Origin: Bacilli bacterium
Lineage (GTDB): Bacteria > Bacillota_I > Bacilli_A > RF39 > UBA660
NCBI GenBank assembly: GCA_017617435.1
Contig: JAFZWF010000009.1
Span: forward strand, 12,026 to 76,025
DNA length: 64,000 nucleotides
Reading direction: 5' to 3'
Below the pieces are notes generated by a model. It saw only the letters and a list, made by a program, of their open reading frames with translations, searched no databases and had not been told where the DNA came from. Shown one piece after another: positions 9,680-21,627 of the stretch (position 1 is its first letter; each line of letters starts with the position of its first letter). The position numbers were made by a program, and so were the translations under genes.

Positions 9680-11534
9680 ATTCCTTCTTTAAATAAACTG
9701 ATAAAATTGAAATATCAGCTGGATTTACTCCACTTATTCTAATTGCTTGAGCAATTGTTGTAGGTCTTACTTCCTTTAGTTTTTGTCTTGCTTCACTTGC
9801 TATATTTTTTACCTTGTCGTAGTCAATATCTTCAGGTATTTGTTTTTCTTCAAGTTTTAACATTTTTTCTGCTTCTTTATATGCTTTTTTTATATAGCCT
9901 TCATATTTTAAATTAATATAAACTTGTTCTTTTATATCTTCACTAAATGGTATTTTAATGAAGTTTTCAATAAATTCAATTGTAACTTCTGGTCTTCTTA
10001 GTAATTGTTCATAAGATATCGTTGCTTGTGGAATAGGTATAATATTTTCATTAAATATTGCTTCAACATCACTTGTTATTTTAAGTTTATTTTCTTTTAA
10101 ATATTCGATACATTTTTCAATATCTTCAATTTTTTTATTTAATCTATACATTTGATCAGCATCTATTAATCCTACATCATAACCATGTTTTCTTAATCTT
10201 TGATCTGCATTATCACTTCTTAAAAGCAATCTAAATTCTGCTCTTGATGTAAGTAATCTATATGGATCTCTAATGCCTTTTGTTATTAAATCATCAATAA
10301 GTACACCAATATAAGCTTCATTTCTTTTGAGAACAAGTGGTTCTTTTCCTTCAAGTTTTAGTGATGCATTAATTCCAGCCATTAAACCTTGACATGCAGC
10401 TTCTTCATATCCACTTGTTCCATTTATTTGACCTGCTGTAAATAAGTTTTCTAGTACTTTAGTTTCAAGTGATGCATGTAGCTGAGTTGGATATATTGCA
10501 TCATATTCAATAGCATATCCATACTTTAATATTTTTGCATGCTCAAAACCAGGTAAACTATGTACCATTTGTTCCTGTACTTCTGGTGGCATTGATGTTG
10601 AGAATCCTTGTAAGTACATATCATCATAGTATCTACTTTCAGGTTCAATAAATAGTTGATGTCTTTCTTTATCAGAAAATCTAACTACTTTATCTTCAAT
10701 AGAAGGACAGTATCTTGGACCTATTCCCTCGATATCATCAAGAGCACCATACATTGAAGATTTATTTAAGTTATCCATTATTATCTTGTGAGTTTCCGGA
10801 GTTGTATATGTTAAATAACATGGCTCTTGATCTTCAATTTTGTATTGTGGTTCTAAATCAAAACTAAATGTTAATAACTTATCATCACCAAGTTCTGGTT
10901 TAGTTTTAGAAAAATCTATAGAACTTCTATCAATTCTTTGTGGAGTTCCAGTTTTAAGTCTTTTGATAGTAAAACCATACTCCTTTAGCTTATCACTTAA
11001 ATGTAGTGATGGTTTTTCCCCATGTGGACCTTGTCTTGTTCTTGTTGATCCAACCAAAATATCGGCTTTTAAATATGTACCTGTTGTTAAAATAACTATA
11101 TTAGAATTAATTTTTTCACCATCTTCTAATATAATTCCTTTTACAACACTATTATCAACAATTAAATCTTCTACCATTCCCTCTCTAATTTCGAGATTTT
11201 CAAGAGAATTTAATGTTTTAAGCATTTCTTTTGGATAAGTTATTTTATCCCCTTGTGCCCTTAATGACTGAACTGCAGGTCCTTTAGCACTATTAAGCAT
11301 TTTTATTTGTAAGTGGGTTTTATCAGCTATTTTACCCATAATGCCACCAAGGGCGTCTATTTCTCTTACAACTATGCCTTTAGCACTACCACCAATGTGT
11401 GGATTACAAGGCATATCTGCTATATTTTTTATATTTCCAGTTACAAGTAAAGTTCTATGTCCTTTTTTAGCACATGCGTATGCAGCTTCACAACCAGCGT
11501 GTCCACCACCTACAACAATAATCTCATAACCCAT
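9660..11534 (-). CDS. mnmG: tRNA uridine 5-carboxymethylaminomethyl modification enzyme
   Basis: FAD motif VVGGGHAGCEAA with full-length GidA-like sequence. Start moved to ATG 11534 (MGYEIIVVGGG, RBS GAAGGTGA). Confidence 0.95.
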   Translation of the reverse strand: MGYEIIVVGGGHAGCEAAYACAKKGHRTLLVTGNIKNIADMPCNPHIGGSAKGIVVREIDALGGIMGKIADKTHLQIKMLNSAKGPAVQSLRAQGDKITYPKEMLKTLNSLENLEIREGMVEDLIVDNSVVKGIILEDGEKINSNIVILTTGTYLKADILVGSTRTRQGPHGEKPSLHLSDKLKEYGFTIKRLKTGTPQRIDRSSIDFSKTKPELGDDKLLTFSFDLEPQYKIEDQEPCYLTYTTPETHKIIMDNLNKSSMYGALDDIEGIGPRYCPSIEDKVVRFSDKERHQLFIEPESRYYDDMYLQGFSTSMPPEVQEQMVHSLPGFEHAKILKYGYAIEYDAIYPTQLHASLETKVLENLFTAGQINGTSGYEEAACQGLMAGINASLKLEGKEPLVLKRNEAYIGVLIDDLITKGIRDPYRLLTSRAEFRLLLRSDNADQRLRKHGYDVGLIDADQMYRLNKKIEDIEKCIEYLKENKLKITSDVEAIFNENIIPIPQATISYEQLLRRPEVTIEFIENFIKIPFSEDIKEQVYINLKYEGYIKKAYKEAEKMLKLEEKQIPEDIDYDKVKNIASEARQKLKEVRPTTIAQAIRISGVNPADISILSVYLKKEYANESK

Positions 11535-11548
11535 ACATTTCACCTTCT

Positions 11549-12910
11549 TTATTTTCCTAAACAAAATCTTTTAAACATTTCATCTAATAATTCTTCTTCA
11601 TAAGTACTTCCATTAATAGTACCTAGTTCTTCCCAAATAGATTTAATATCTAGTTCTATCATATCTATTGGCATGTTATTTTTAACAGCTTCTTCAACTT
11701 CCCCTACTTTATCTAAGCATTTATTTAATATACTTATACTTCTAGCATTATTTAAATAAGTTGGATCAGTTGAGGTTATATTACTTATATTAAATAAATC
11801 TGATATTTTATTTTTTAGTTTATCAACACCTTCGTTATTAATTATACTTAGGTATACTACTCTATTTTTATCAATATTTATACTATTTAAATCAAGTTTA
11901 GATTCTAAATCAGTTTTGTTAATAAGTACTAAATATTCTTTATCTATAATTTTTGAAATTAATTCTTTTATGTCATCTGTTATTTCTTCATTATTATTTA
12001 GCATAAATAATACTAAATCAGATTCATCCATAGTTTTAAGACTTTTTTCTACTCCTATAGCTTCAATCATATCATCTGTATTTCTTATTCCTGCTGTATC
12101 TATAATATTAAGTAAAATACCATTTATTGATATTTGTCCTTCAACAATATCTCTTGTGGTACCTGCAATATCAGTAACTATTGCCTTATCTTCTTCAAGC
12201 AAAGCATTAAGTAAACTACTCTTACCAACATTAGGTCGACCAATAATTGATGTTTTAATACCTTCTTTAATTAATTTGCCATTTTTTGATTCTTCTAATA
12301 TTTTATTTATTTTTTCTTTTAATTTAGTAATTTTTGGAAGAAGAACATCGTTAGTAATAATATCAACATCATCATATTCTGGATAATCAATATTAACGTT
12401 TATGTTTGATATTATTTGAACCATGTCACTTCTTAGTTCATTTATTAAATTAGATGTTTTTCCACTAATTTGATTAGATGCCATTTTCCTTTGGATTTCT
12501 GTTTTAGAATCAATCATATCCATTACAGCTTCTGCTTCTAAAAGATCAATTCTTCCATTTAAAAATGCTCTTTTAGTAAATTCACCAGGTTCAGCAAGTC
12601 TACAACCTATTTCTAAAAGAATTTCTAATACTTTATTAGTTGGAGCAATACCTCCATGAGTATTTATTTCTACTATATCTTCGGTAGTAAATGTTTTTGG
12701 CGCCTTCATAACAGATACTAATACTTCATCTATTATTTCACCTTTATATTCAATATGACCATAATTAATTGTATGACTTTTAATAGTTGTTAAATCTTTT
12801 TCTTTAAAAATTTTGTTAACAATATTAATTGCATTGCTTCCACTTACTCTAATAATTGATATAGCACCTACTCCACTTGATGTAGATATTGCACATATTG
12901 TATCTTCCAC
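11549..12910 (-). CDS. mnmE: tRNA modification GTPase
   Basis: G1 motif GRPNVGKSSLLNAL, DTAG, NKTD, C-terminal FCLGK. Likely start is GTG 12910 (MEDTICAIST) after GAGGTGA. Confidence 0.95.
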   Translation of the reverse strand: MEDTICAISTSSGVGAISIIRVSGSNAINIVNKIFKEKDLTTIKSHTINYGHIEYKGEIIDEVLVSVMKAPKTFTTEDIVEINTHGGIAPTNKVLEILLEIGCRLAEPGEFTKRAFLNGRIDLLEAEAVMDMIDSKTEIQRKMASNQISGKTSNLINELRSDMVQIISNINVNIDYPEYDDVDIITNDVLLPKITKLKEKINKILEESKNGKLIKEGIKTSIIGRPNVGKSSLLNALLEEDKAIVTDIAGTTRDIVEGQISINGILLNIIDTAGIRNTDDMIEAIGVEKSLKTMDESDLVLFMLNNNEEITDDIKELISKIIDKEYLVLINKTDLESKLDLNSINIDKNRVVYLSIINNEGVDKLKNKISDLFNISNITSTDPTYLNNARSISILNKCLDKVGEVEEAVKNNMPIDMIELDIKSIWEELGTINGSTYEEELLDEMFKRFCLGK

Positions 12911-12937
12911 AAAAATCACCTCTTTAACATAAAAAGA

Positions 12938-12953
12938 TATTTCCCGGGAAATA
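12938..12953. other. Noc-binding site (NBS) palindrome TATTTCCCGGGAAATA
   Basis: Exact 16-mer between the jag stop and the mnmE start. Extends to a 24-bp perfect palindrome AAGATATTTCCCGGGAAATATCTT (12934-12957). Confidence 0.7.
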
Positions 12954-12955
12954 TC

Positions 12956-13564
12956 TTATTTATCATATTTTATAACTAAATGACGATTTGGTTCTTCACC
13001 AATACTTTCCGTCTTAACTCCTTTAAAATCTGTTAATTTGTTATGAACAATTCTTCTTTCATAAGCATTCATTGAATCCATATGAATGTCTGTTTTAGTT
13101 CTAACACAATCTTTTGCAAGATTTATTGCAAGTCTTTCAAGTCTTTTAATTTGTTTTTCTTTATAACCTTCAACATCAAGCATTACTCTAATATGTTTAC
13201 CAGTTTCTTTATTTACAACTTGCATTAAAATACATTCAAGGGCTTTTAATGTTTGTCCATTTCTTCCTATTAATATAGGATTGTTATCTGATATCATTGT
13301 TATTTCAATATTTTTTTCTCTTATTTTAGATTCAAAATTAACTTCTATTCCCATATCACTAGTTAATTTTTTTAAATAATCTTTTAAGAACTTACATATA
13401 TCTTCTAATTGAAAAATTTTAACATTGAAACTTCCTGCTTTAAATAGTTTTCCCTTAGTTTCTTCATAACTATAGATATATCCATCTTCATTTAAATTTA
13501 ATTTATTTTTTGCTTCTTCTAAAGCTTCTTCTAATGTTTTAGCTGTAAATAATTCGTACTTCAT
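12956..13564 (-). CDS. jag: Jag/KhpB RNA-binding protein (KH + R3H domains)
   Basis: 202 aa. R3H-like ERRIVHNKL near the C-terminus. Conserved position after yidC. Confidence 0.85.
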   Translation of the reverse strand: MKYELFTAKTLEEALEEAKNKLNLNEDGYIYSYEETKGKLFKAGSFNVKIFQLEDICKFLKDYLKKLTSDMGIEVNFESKIREKNIEITMISDNNPILIGRNGQTLKALECILMQVVNKETGKHIRVMLDVEGYKEKQIKRLERLAINLAKDCVRTKTDIHMDSMNAYERRIVHNKLTDFKGVKTESIGEEPNRHLVIKYDK

Positions 13565-13565
13565 A

Positions 13566-14579
13566 TTAATTACCTCTTCTTTTTTCTACCTTTTCCTTTA
13601 TAGAAACTTTTTTTGTTGATTTATTTTCCTTTTTATTTCCTTTTTTTTCATCATTTTTAATTGAAAGATCAATTAAGTAGTTTTGAACAACAATAAATGC
13701 ATTTGTTACAATCCAGTATAAAGCAATTGCTGTTGGTAAACTAAATGATGCTACAAAAATCATAACAAGCATTATTATTAACATTGATTTACTTTGACCT
13801 TGCTGAGCTGTTGCTGTTTGATTTAATGTCTTTTTAAATGAATAATAAGTAGTTAATAAAACTAAAACTATTAGTATAATGTAAAAATAATTACCTTTTG
13901 AAATTCCAGTTGATGGTGTCATTCCTAAAGATAATCCTAAGAACTTACCTTCAAATATTGCTGGCACTCTATTTATTGCTTGTAAGAAACCAAAGAATAA
14001 TGGAAGTTGAATAAATGCAAGTAAGCAACCAGACATAGGATTAACTCCATATTTCTTATATATCATCATTGTTTCTTGACTTTTTGCCATCATAGATGCT
14101 GAATCTGTTTTATCTTTATATTTAATTTCAAGTCTTTGAATTTCAGGTGTAGCTTTTTGTAAGTTTTGTGATTGTAATTGACTTTTTTTAGAGAATGGTA
14201 AAAGAATAATTCTTATTAAAATACCTACAATCATTACTGATAAACCAAAATTTTTAATTGCATAACCTAATTTTAATATTAAGTATGCTAATGGTTTAAC
14301 AAATATAAATTCCCATAAACTTCTAGTTTTGTTTGAATTAATTTTAAAATTCTTACATTCAGGTAGTTTTTTCATTGATACTTTTAATTGTTTATCATAT
14401 TTATTATAAAGTTCAATTAAATCTTTTTTTGTTGGTTTACAAAGAATGTTATTTTGTAATGTTTGACCTGTTGGTTTATAAATTTCTACTTTTTTGTCTT
14501 TATTTTTTATAGCTGATCCACAGCCAGTTACTAAAACAACTACAATTAACGCTAATAATAATGTTTTAAATTTTTTCAT
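13566..14579 (-). CDS. yidC: membrane protein insertase YidC/SpoIIIJ (lipoprotein form)
   Basis: Lipobox LVTGC after MKKFKTLLLALIVVVL, a multi-TM core and a basic C-tail. Start placed at ATG 14579. Confidence 0.85.
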   Translation of the reverse strand: MKKFKTLLLALIVVVLVTGCGSAIKNKDKKVEIYKPTGQTLQNNILCKPTKKDLIELYNKYDKQLKVSMKKLPECKNFKINSNKTRSLWEFIFVKPLAYLILKLGYAIKNFGLSVMIVGILIRIILLPFSKKSQLQSQNLQKATPEIQRLEIKYKDKTDSASMMAKSQETMMIYKKYGVNPMSGCLLAFIQLPLFFGFLQAINRVPAIFEGKFLGLSLGMTPSTGISKGNYFYIILIVLVLLTTYYSFKKTLNQTATAQQGQSKSMLIIMLVMIFVASFSLPTAIALYWIVTNAFIVVQNYLIDLSIKNDEKKGNKKENKSTKKVSIKEKVEKRRGN

Positions 14580-14907
14580 TGTTTTCGACCTTTCCAATAA
14601 TGTCTATCATATCTTCATTCCATTTGGCATGAGAGAATAATAAACAATCTTTCCTTAACATTATAATATATTTATAACCCTTTGGAAATAAAAACTGATT
14701 ACTATGAACTATCATTCGAATTTTGCGTTTTACTTTATTTCTTTCAACAGCATTTCCTATTTTTTTTCCTACGGCAAATCCAAAATATATTTTTTTATCA
14801 TCTGATGGATAATAATATATTGTTATAATATTTCCTTTTATTTTTTTTCCGCCATTAATAATTTGATTAAATTCATCATGACTTTTAATAATAAATGCTT
14901 TTTTCAT
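14566..14907 (-). CDS. rnpA: ribonuclease P protein component
   Basis: Small basic protein between rpmH and yidC with VGKKIGNAVERNKVKRKIR (RNR-type motif). Start is ATG 14907 after AAAGGTGG. Confidence 0.85.
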   Translation of the reverse strand: MKKAFIIKSHDEFNQIINGGKKIKGNIITIYYYPSDDKKIYFGFAVGKKIGNAVERNKVKRKIRMIVHSNQFLFPKGYKYIIMLRKDCLLFSHAKWNEDMIDIIGKVENNEKI

Positions 14908-14940
14908 ATTATCCACCTTTCTATATATATAATGTTATTT

Positions 14941-14964
14941 AAAAAAAACCACATTAAAGTGGTT
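14941..14964 (-). terminator. hairpin plus U-run after rpmH (possible attenuator ahead of rnpA)
   Basis: AACCAC-6 nt loop-GTGGTT, followed on the minus strand by 8 T. Confidence 0.45.
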
Positions 14965-15094
14965 ATTTTGTTAATCTCTTTCTTCCTTTAGCGCGACGTC
15001 TATTTATAATTTTAGATTCTACTCTAGCAAAGAAACCTTGTTTTTTCTTCATTTTTCTATTATTTGGTTGATATGTACATCCTTTAGCTTTCAT
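14963..15094 (-). CDS. rpmH: 50S ribosomal protein L34
   Basis: Not in the ORF track (43 aa). My translation is MKAKGCTYQPNNRKMKKKQGFFARVESKIINRRRAKGRKRLTK, with RBS GGAGGT upstream. RRRAKGRKRLT is the L34 signature. Confidence 0.9.
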   Translation of the reverse strand: MKAKGCTYQPNNRKMKKKQGFFARVESKIINRRRAKGRKRLTK

Positions 15095-15179
15095 ATTTCC
15101 ACCTCCAAATCTATCTAAGCGTTTTTATTATAATATTATAAACAAGTTAAAGTCAAGGAAAAACCTTAATAAAATTAAG

Positions 15180-15354
15180 TTATTAACATATTTTGTTAAT
15201 TATTTTTTTTACAATTGTTAATTGTTAATAATTAAAAATTAATTTGTGGATAATGTTAATAAGTTAATTTTTTATAATATTTTCATATTTTTATGTGTGG
15301 ATAACTTTTGTGGATAACTTTTTATGTTAAATTTAGGGTTTTTTTTTATCAACA
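15180..15354. other. oriC part 1: DnaA-box cluster upstream of dnaA
   Basis: Three perfect TGTGGATAA (= TTATCCACA) boxes at 15245-15253, 15296-15304 and 15309-15317. TTATCAACA at 15346-15354. AT-shifted boxes TGTTAATAA/TTATTAACA at 15180, 15233 and 15254. Confidence 0.8.
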
Positions 15355-15391
15355 ATTGATATAAAATAAACTTAATCGTTAAGTTAGTGGG

Positions 15392-16747
15392 GTGATAAGG
15401 TTGAAAGTTGATTCAATTTGGTCAAGTTTTTTAAATGAGGTAGCTAATGAACTTGCTCCAACATCTTATCAAGTTTGGTTTAGTGAGTTAAAACTTATTA
15501 ATATGGATAAAGATAAAATTATTATTCAAGTTCCAATGTTAACTCATAAAACAACTTTATCCACAACTTATTATCAAATTATAAAAAATATCTTTTTATC
15601 CCTTACAGGAATAGATTATGAAGATAGAATTCAATTTATTCTTGAGGAAGAAAATAATTTTATAGATAAACTTAATAATGAATTGGATGAAAAGTTAGAT
15701 TGGAATTCTAATTTAAATCCAAATCTAAATTTTGATAATTTTGTTGTTGGTTCATCAAATAAACTAGCATTTATTGCAGCACAGGCTGTTGCAGATTCTC
15801 CTGGAACTATACATAATCCATTATTTATATATGGAAAAAGTGGTTTAGGAAAAACTCACTTAATGCATGCTATAGGTAATAAAATAACTGAAAAACTTAA
15901 TAAAAAAGTTTTATATGTTACTAGTGATGAATTTATGAATGATTTTACAGGAATTGCTGATATTTCTAAAAATTCAAACACTATAGATTATGCTAATCAA
16001 TTTAAAAGTAAATATAGAAATGTTGATGTATTAATTATTGATGATATACAATTTCTAGTAGGTGCTGAAAAAACTCAACAAGAATTTTTTAATACTTTTA
16101 ATTATTTACATAAAACTAATAAACAAATTATTATTTCTTCTGATAGATCACCTGATGATTTAAAAAAATTGGAAGAAAGATTAAGATCCAGATTTATGTG
16201 GGGATTACCTGTTGATATATATCCACCTGATTTCGATCTTAGATGTCGAATTATTAAAGAAAAATTAAAAAATACATCTATAGAAAATAAAGTTGAAGAA
16301 GAAGTTATAGAATACATTGCTAATTCTTGTCAAAATGATGTTAGACACATAGAAGGATCTATTAACAGGTTACTTGCTTATACAGCAATGATTGTTCCTG
16401 ACAAAATTAATTTAGATTTTGCTATTGAAGCACTCAAAGATTTTGTTAATAAGAATATTTATGTTGAAAGTAATATATCAAAAATACAAAAAGCAGTAGC
16501 TGATTTTTATAACATATCAATAGATGACTTAAAAGGTAAGAAAAGAAATAATAAAGTAGTTATTCCAAGACAAATTGCTATGTATCTATGTAGAATGGAA
16601 ACAAATGATACTTTTCCAAAAATAGGACTTGAATTTGGTGGTAGAGATCATTCAACAGTAATATTTGCTTGTGATAAAATAGAAAAAGAATTAAAAGAGG
16701 ATAATGACTTAGCTGATACAATAAATAAAATTAAATCAAATTTATAA
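15392..16747 (+). CDS. dnaA: chromosomal replication initiator protein
   Basis: Walker A GKSGLGKTHLMHAIG, Walker B VLIIDDIQFL, C-terminal DNA-binding IAMYLCRMETNDTFPKIGLEFGGRDHSTV. The start could be TTG 15401. Confidence 0.95.
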   Translation: MIRLKVDSIWSSFLNEVANELAPTSYQVWFSELKLINMDKDKIIIQVPMLTHKTTLSTTYYQIIKNIFLSLTGIDYEDRIQFILEEENNFIDKLNNELDEKLDWNSNLNPNLNFDNFVVGSSNKLAFIAAQAVADSPGTIHNPLFIYGKSGLGKTHLMHAIGNKITEKLNKKVLYVTSDEFMNDFTGIADISKNSNTIDYANQFKSKYRNVDVLIIDDIQFLVGAEKTQQEFFNTFNYLHKTNKQIIISSDRSPDDLKKLEERLRSRFMWGLPVDIYPPDFDLRCRIIKEKLKNTSIENKVEEEVIEYIANSCQNDVRHIEGSINRLLAYTAMIVPDKINLDFAIEALKDFVNKNIYVESNISKIQKAVADFYNISIDDLKGKKRNNKVVIPRQIAMYLCRMETNDTFPKIGLEFGGRDHSTVIFACDKIEKELKEDNDLADTINKIKSNL

Positions 16748-16874
16748 ACATTAATAAATGTTAATAAATACAATGTTATAAACATTAGAAAACTATTATA
16801 AATTAGTAAAAAATTTTAGTTATTAACATTATTAACTTTATTAATAATATTAATTAAAAGAAAGAAGGATTATT
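16748..16874. other. oriC part 2: AT-rich dnaA-dnaN spacer (probable unwinding region with degenerate DnaA boxes)
   Basis: Almost pure A/T. Degenerate boxes TTATAAACA (16742), TGTTAATAA (16759) and TTATTAACA (16820). Position equals incC/DUE of B. subtilis oriC. Confidence 0.5.
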
Positions 16875-17987
16875 ATGAAATTCACAATTGAAAAAAGTGT
16901 AATTTTAGAAGCATTAAATAATGTATCTAAAGCTATATCTTCAAGAAACATTATTCCAATATTAAATGGAATTAAATTTGAACTAAAAAAAGAGGGATTA
17001 TATTTAACAGCAAGTGATAGTGAACTTAATATTAAACAACTAATTGATATTAAGGATATTAAGAATGTTGAAAAAGAAGGAATTATAATTATTCAAAGTA
17101 AATATTTACTAGATATTATAAGAAAAATGCCTAGTGATACAATTGATTTTGAGGTTGTAGATGGATTAAAGGTAAAAATATTTACTGAGAATAGTCAGTA
17201 TAATTTAAATTGTATGGAAGCTAGTGAATATCCTACTATTAAGATTGAAGAAAGTAAGGATCCTATAGTTATTAATAGTAATAAATTAAAAAATATAATT
17301 CATCAAACAATATTTGCTATTTCTACACAAGAATTAAGACCACTTTTAACTGGGTTAAATTTGAAAATTATGGCTGATAATCTAGAATGTGTAGCAACAG
17401 ATTCATATAGACTTGCAAAAAAAACTGAAAAGATTGATAGTAAATCAGAAGTTAATATTATTTTACCTGGAAAAAATATTATTGAACTTGAGAAAACTTT
17501 ACCTAATGATGAAAATGTAGAAATACATATTTTTAGTAATAAAGTATTATTTAAGTTTTTAAACATTTATTTTCAAACTAACTTACTTGCTGGAAATTAT
17601 CCAAATACTAATAATTTAATTCCAACTGAATTTAAATATATTGTAAAAATTAATTTGTCAGAATTTTTCTCATCAATTGATAGAGCTGCTTTATTAACAC
17701 AAGGAAAAGATAAAAATATTGTAAAGATGACTATTAATGATAATAAGATGATAATAAATTCATTTGCATCTGAAATAGGTAAAGTTGAAGAAACATTAAA
17801 TATAGAATCTAACAACAAAGAAAAATTAGAAATTTCATTTAGTTCTAAATATATGATAGAAGCATTAAGAACATTTAAAGATGAAGAAATCCTTCTTTTA
17901 TTAAATAGTGATATTAAACCAATTATTATAAAATCTGTTGAGGATGAATCATTAATTCAATTAATATTACCAATTAAAACATATTAG
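16875..17987 (+). CDS. dnaN: DNA polymerase III beta sliding clamp
   Basis: 370 aa. Typical MKFTIEK... start, three-domain length, follows dnaA. RBS GAAGGA. Confidence 0.95.
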   Translation: MKFTIEKSVILEALNNVSKAISSRNIIPILNGIKFELKKEGLYLTASDSELNIKQLIDIKDIKNVEKEGIIIIQSKYLLDIIRKMPSDTIDFEVVDGLKVKIFTENSQYNLNCMEASEYPTIKIEESKDPIVINSNKLKNIIHQTIFAISTQELRPLLTGLNLKIMADNLECVATDSYRLAKKTEKIDSKSEVNIILPGKNIIELEKTLPNDENVEIHIFSNKVLFKFLNIYFQTNLLAGNYPNTNNLIPTEFKYIVKINLSEFFSSIDRAALLTQGKDKNIVKMTINDNKMIINSFASEIGKVEETLNIESNNKEKLEISFSSKYMIEALRTFKDEEILLLLNSDIKPIIIKSVEDESLIQLILPIKTY

Positions 17988-18017
17988 ACTATATTCGACA
18001 AAATATAGTCTTTTTTT
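17986..18017 (+). terminator. rho-independent terminator after dnaN
   Basis: Stem AGACTATAT/ATATAGTCT followed by TTTTTTT. Confidence 0.6.
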
Positions 18018-18059
18018 GTGATATAAATAAGTTATTTATTTTTATTTAGGGGGATATAT

Positions 18060-18512
18060 ATGGATAAATATGAAATAAATGACAGTACGGTAGCTTTAAT
18101 ATTTAATAATTTTAAAACAATTGTTTATGAAAAAGATAAAATTTTTTTAGTAAATCAATTACCAAATGAAATTATTAAATATAGCTGTGAATATTTTGGA
18201 TCAAGTTATAAAGGTAGAGTAGATGGAACTAAGTCATTAACTGGATTAACTCATAAGGCTCCAATAATAATTGAAGAAAGTAATGAAATTATATTTTTTC
18301 CTCTTTCTTCACCTAGATTAAACACTTGTTCATGGCTTAGAAATAAATATATAAATAATTATTATAAAGACACTAATGGATGTATTTTAAAAACAGTAAA
18401 TGGTAGTGAAATTAAGATAAATTGTTCATATGAAATAATTAACAATCAAATTTTAAGATCATCAAGATTAGAAAGTATAATTAGATATAGAAAAAATACT
18501 AATTTACTTTAA
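18060..18512 (+). CDS. comK: ComK-family competence transcription factor
   Basis: YEINDSTVALI, CEYFGSSYKGRVDGT, HKAPIIIEESNEIIFFPLSSPRL..CSW and SYEIINNQILRSSRL parallel the B. subtilis ComK blocks (FFGSSYAGR, HKPPIMV, FLFPTLS, SYNSFENQVYRTAWL) as recalled. Confidence 0.75.
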   Translation: MDKYEINDSTVALIFNNFKTIVYEKDKIFLVNQLPNEIIKYSCEYFGSSYKGRVDGTKSLTGLTHKAPIIIEESNEIIFFPLSSPRLNTCSWLRNKYINNYYKDTNGCILKTVNGSEIKINCSYEIINNQILRSSRLESIIRYRKNTNLL

Positions 18513-18601
18513 ATTAATCAATATTTGTGATATAATTTTTTCTAGGTACAGGTGTACGTATTTTTAAAAAAAATCAAAATTGAGCCTAAAAAGAGGTAAA
18601 T

Positions 18602-21614
<3,013 letters not shown>

Positions 21615-21627
21615 GGAGGTTTTATTT

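Noticed and set aside
10840-12386. Plus-strand ORFs 10840-11238, 11341-11529 and 11916-12386
   Set aside because: They lie antisense to mnmG and mnmE, which are unambiguous. They are typical shadow frames.
18546-18557. Inverted repeat GTACAGGTGTAC upstream of recF
   Set aside because: The arms are short (5 bp), it occurs once, and it matches no known operator. Insufficient evidence.
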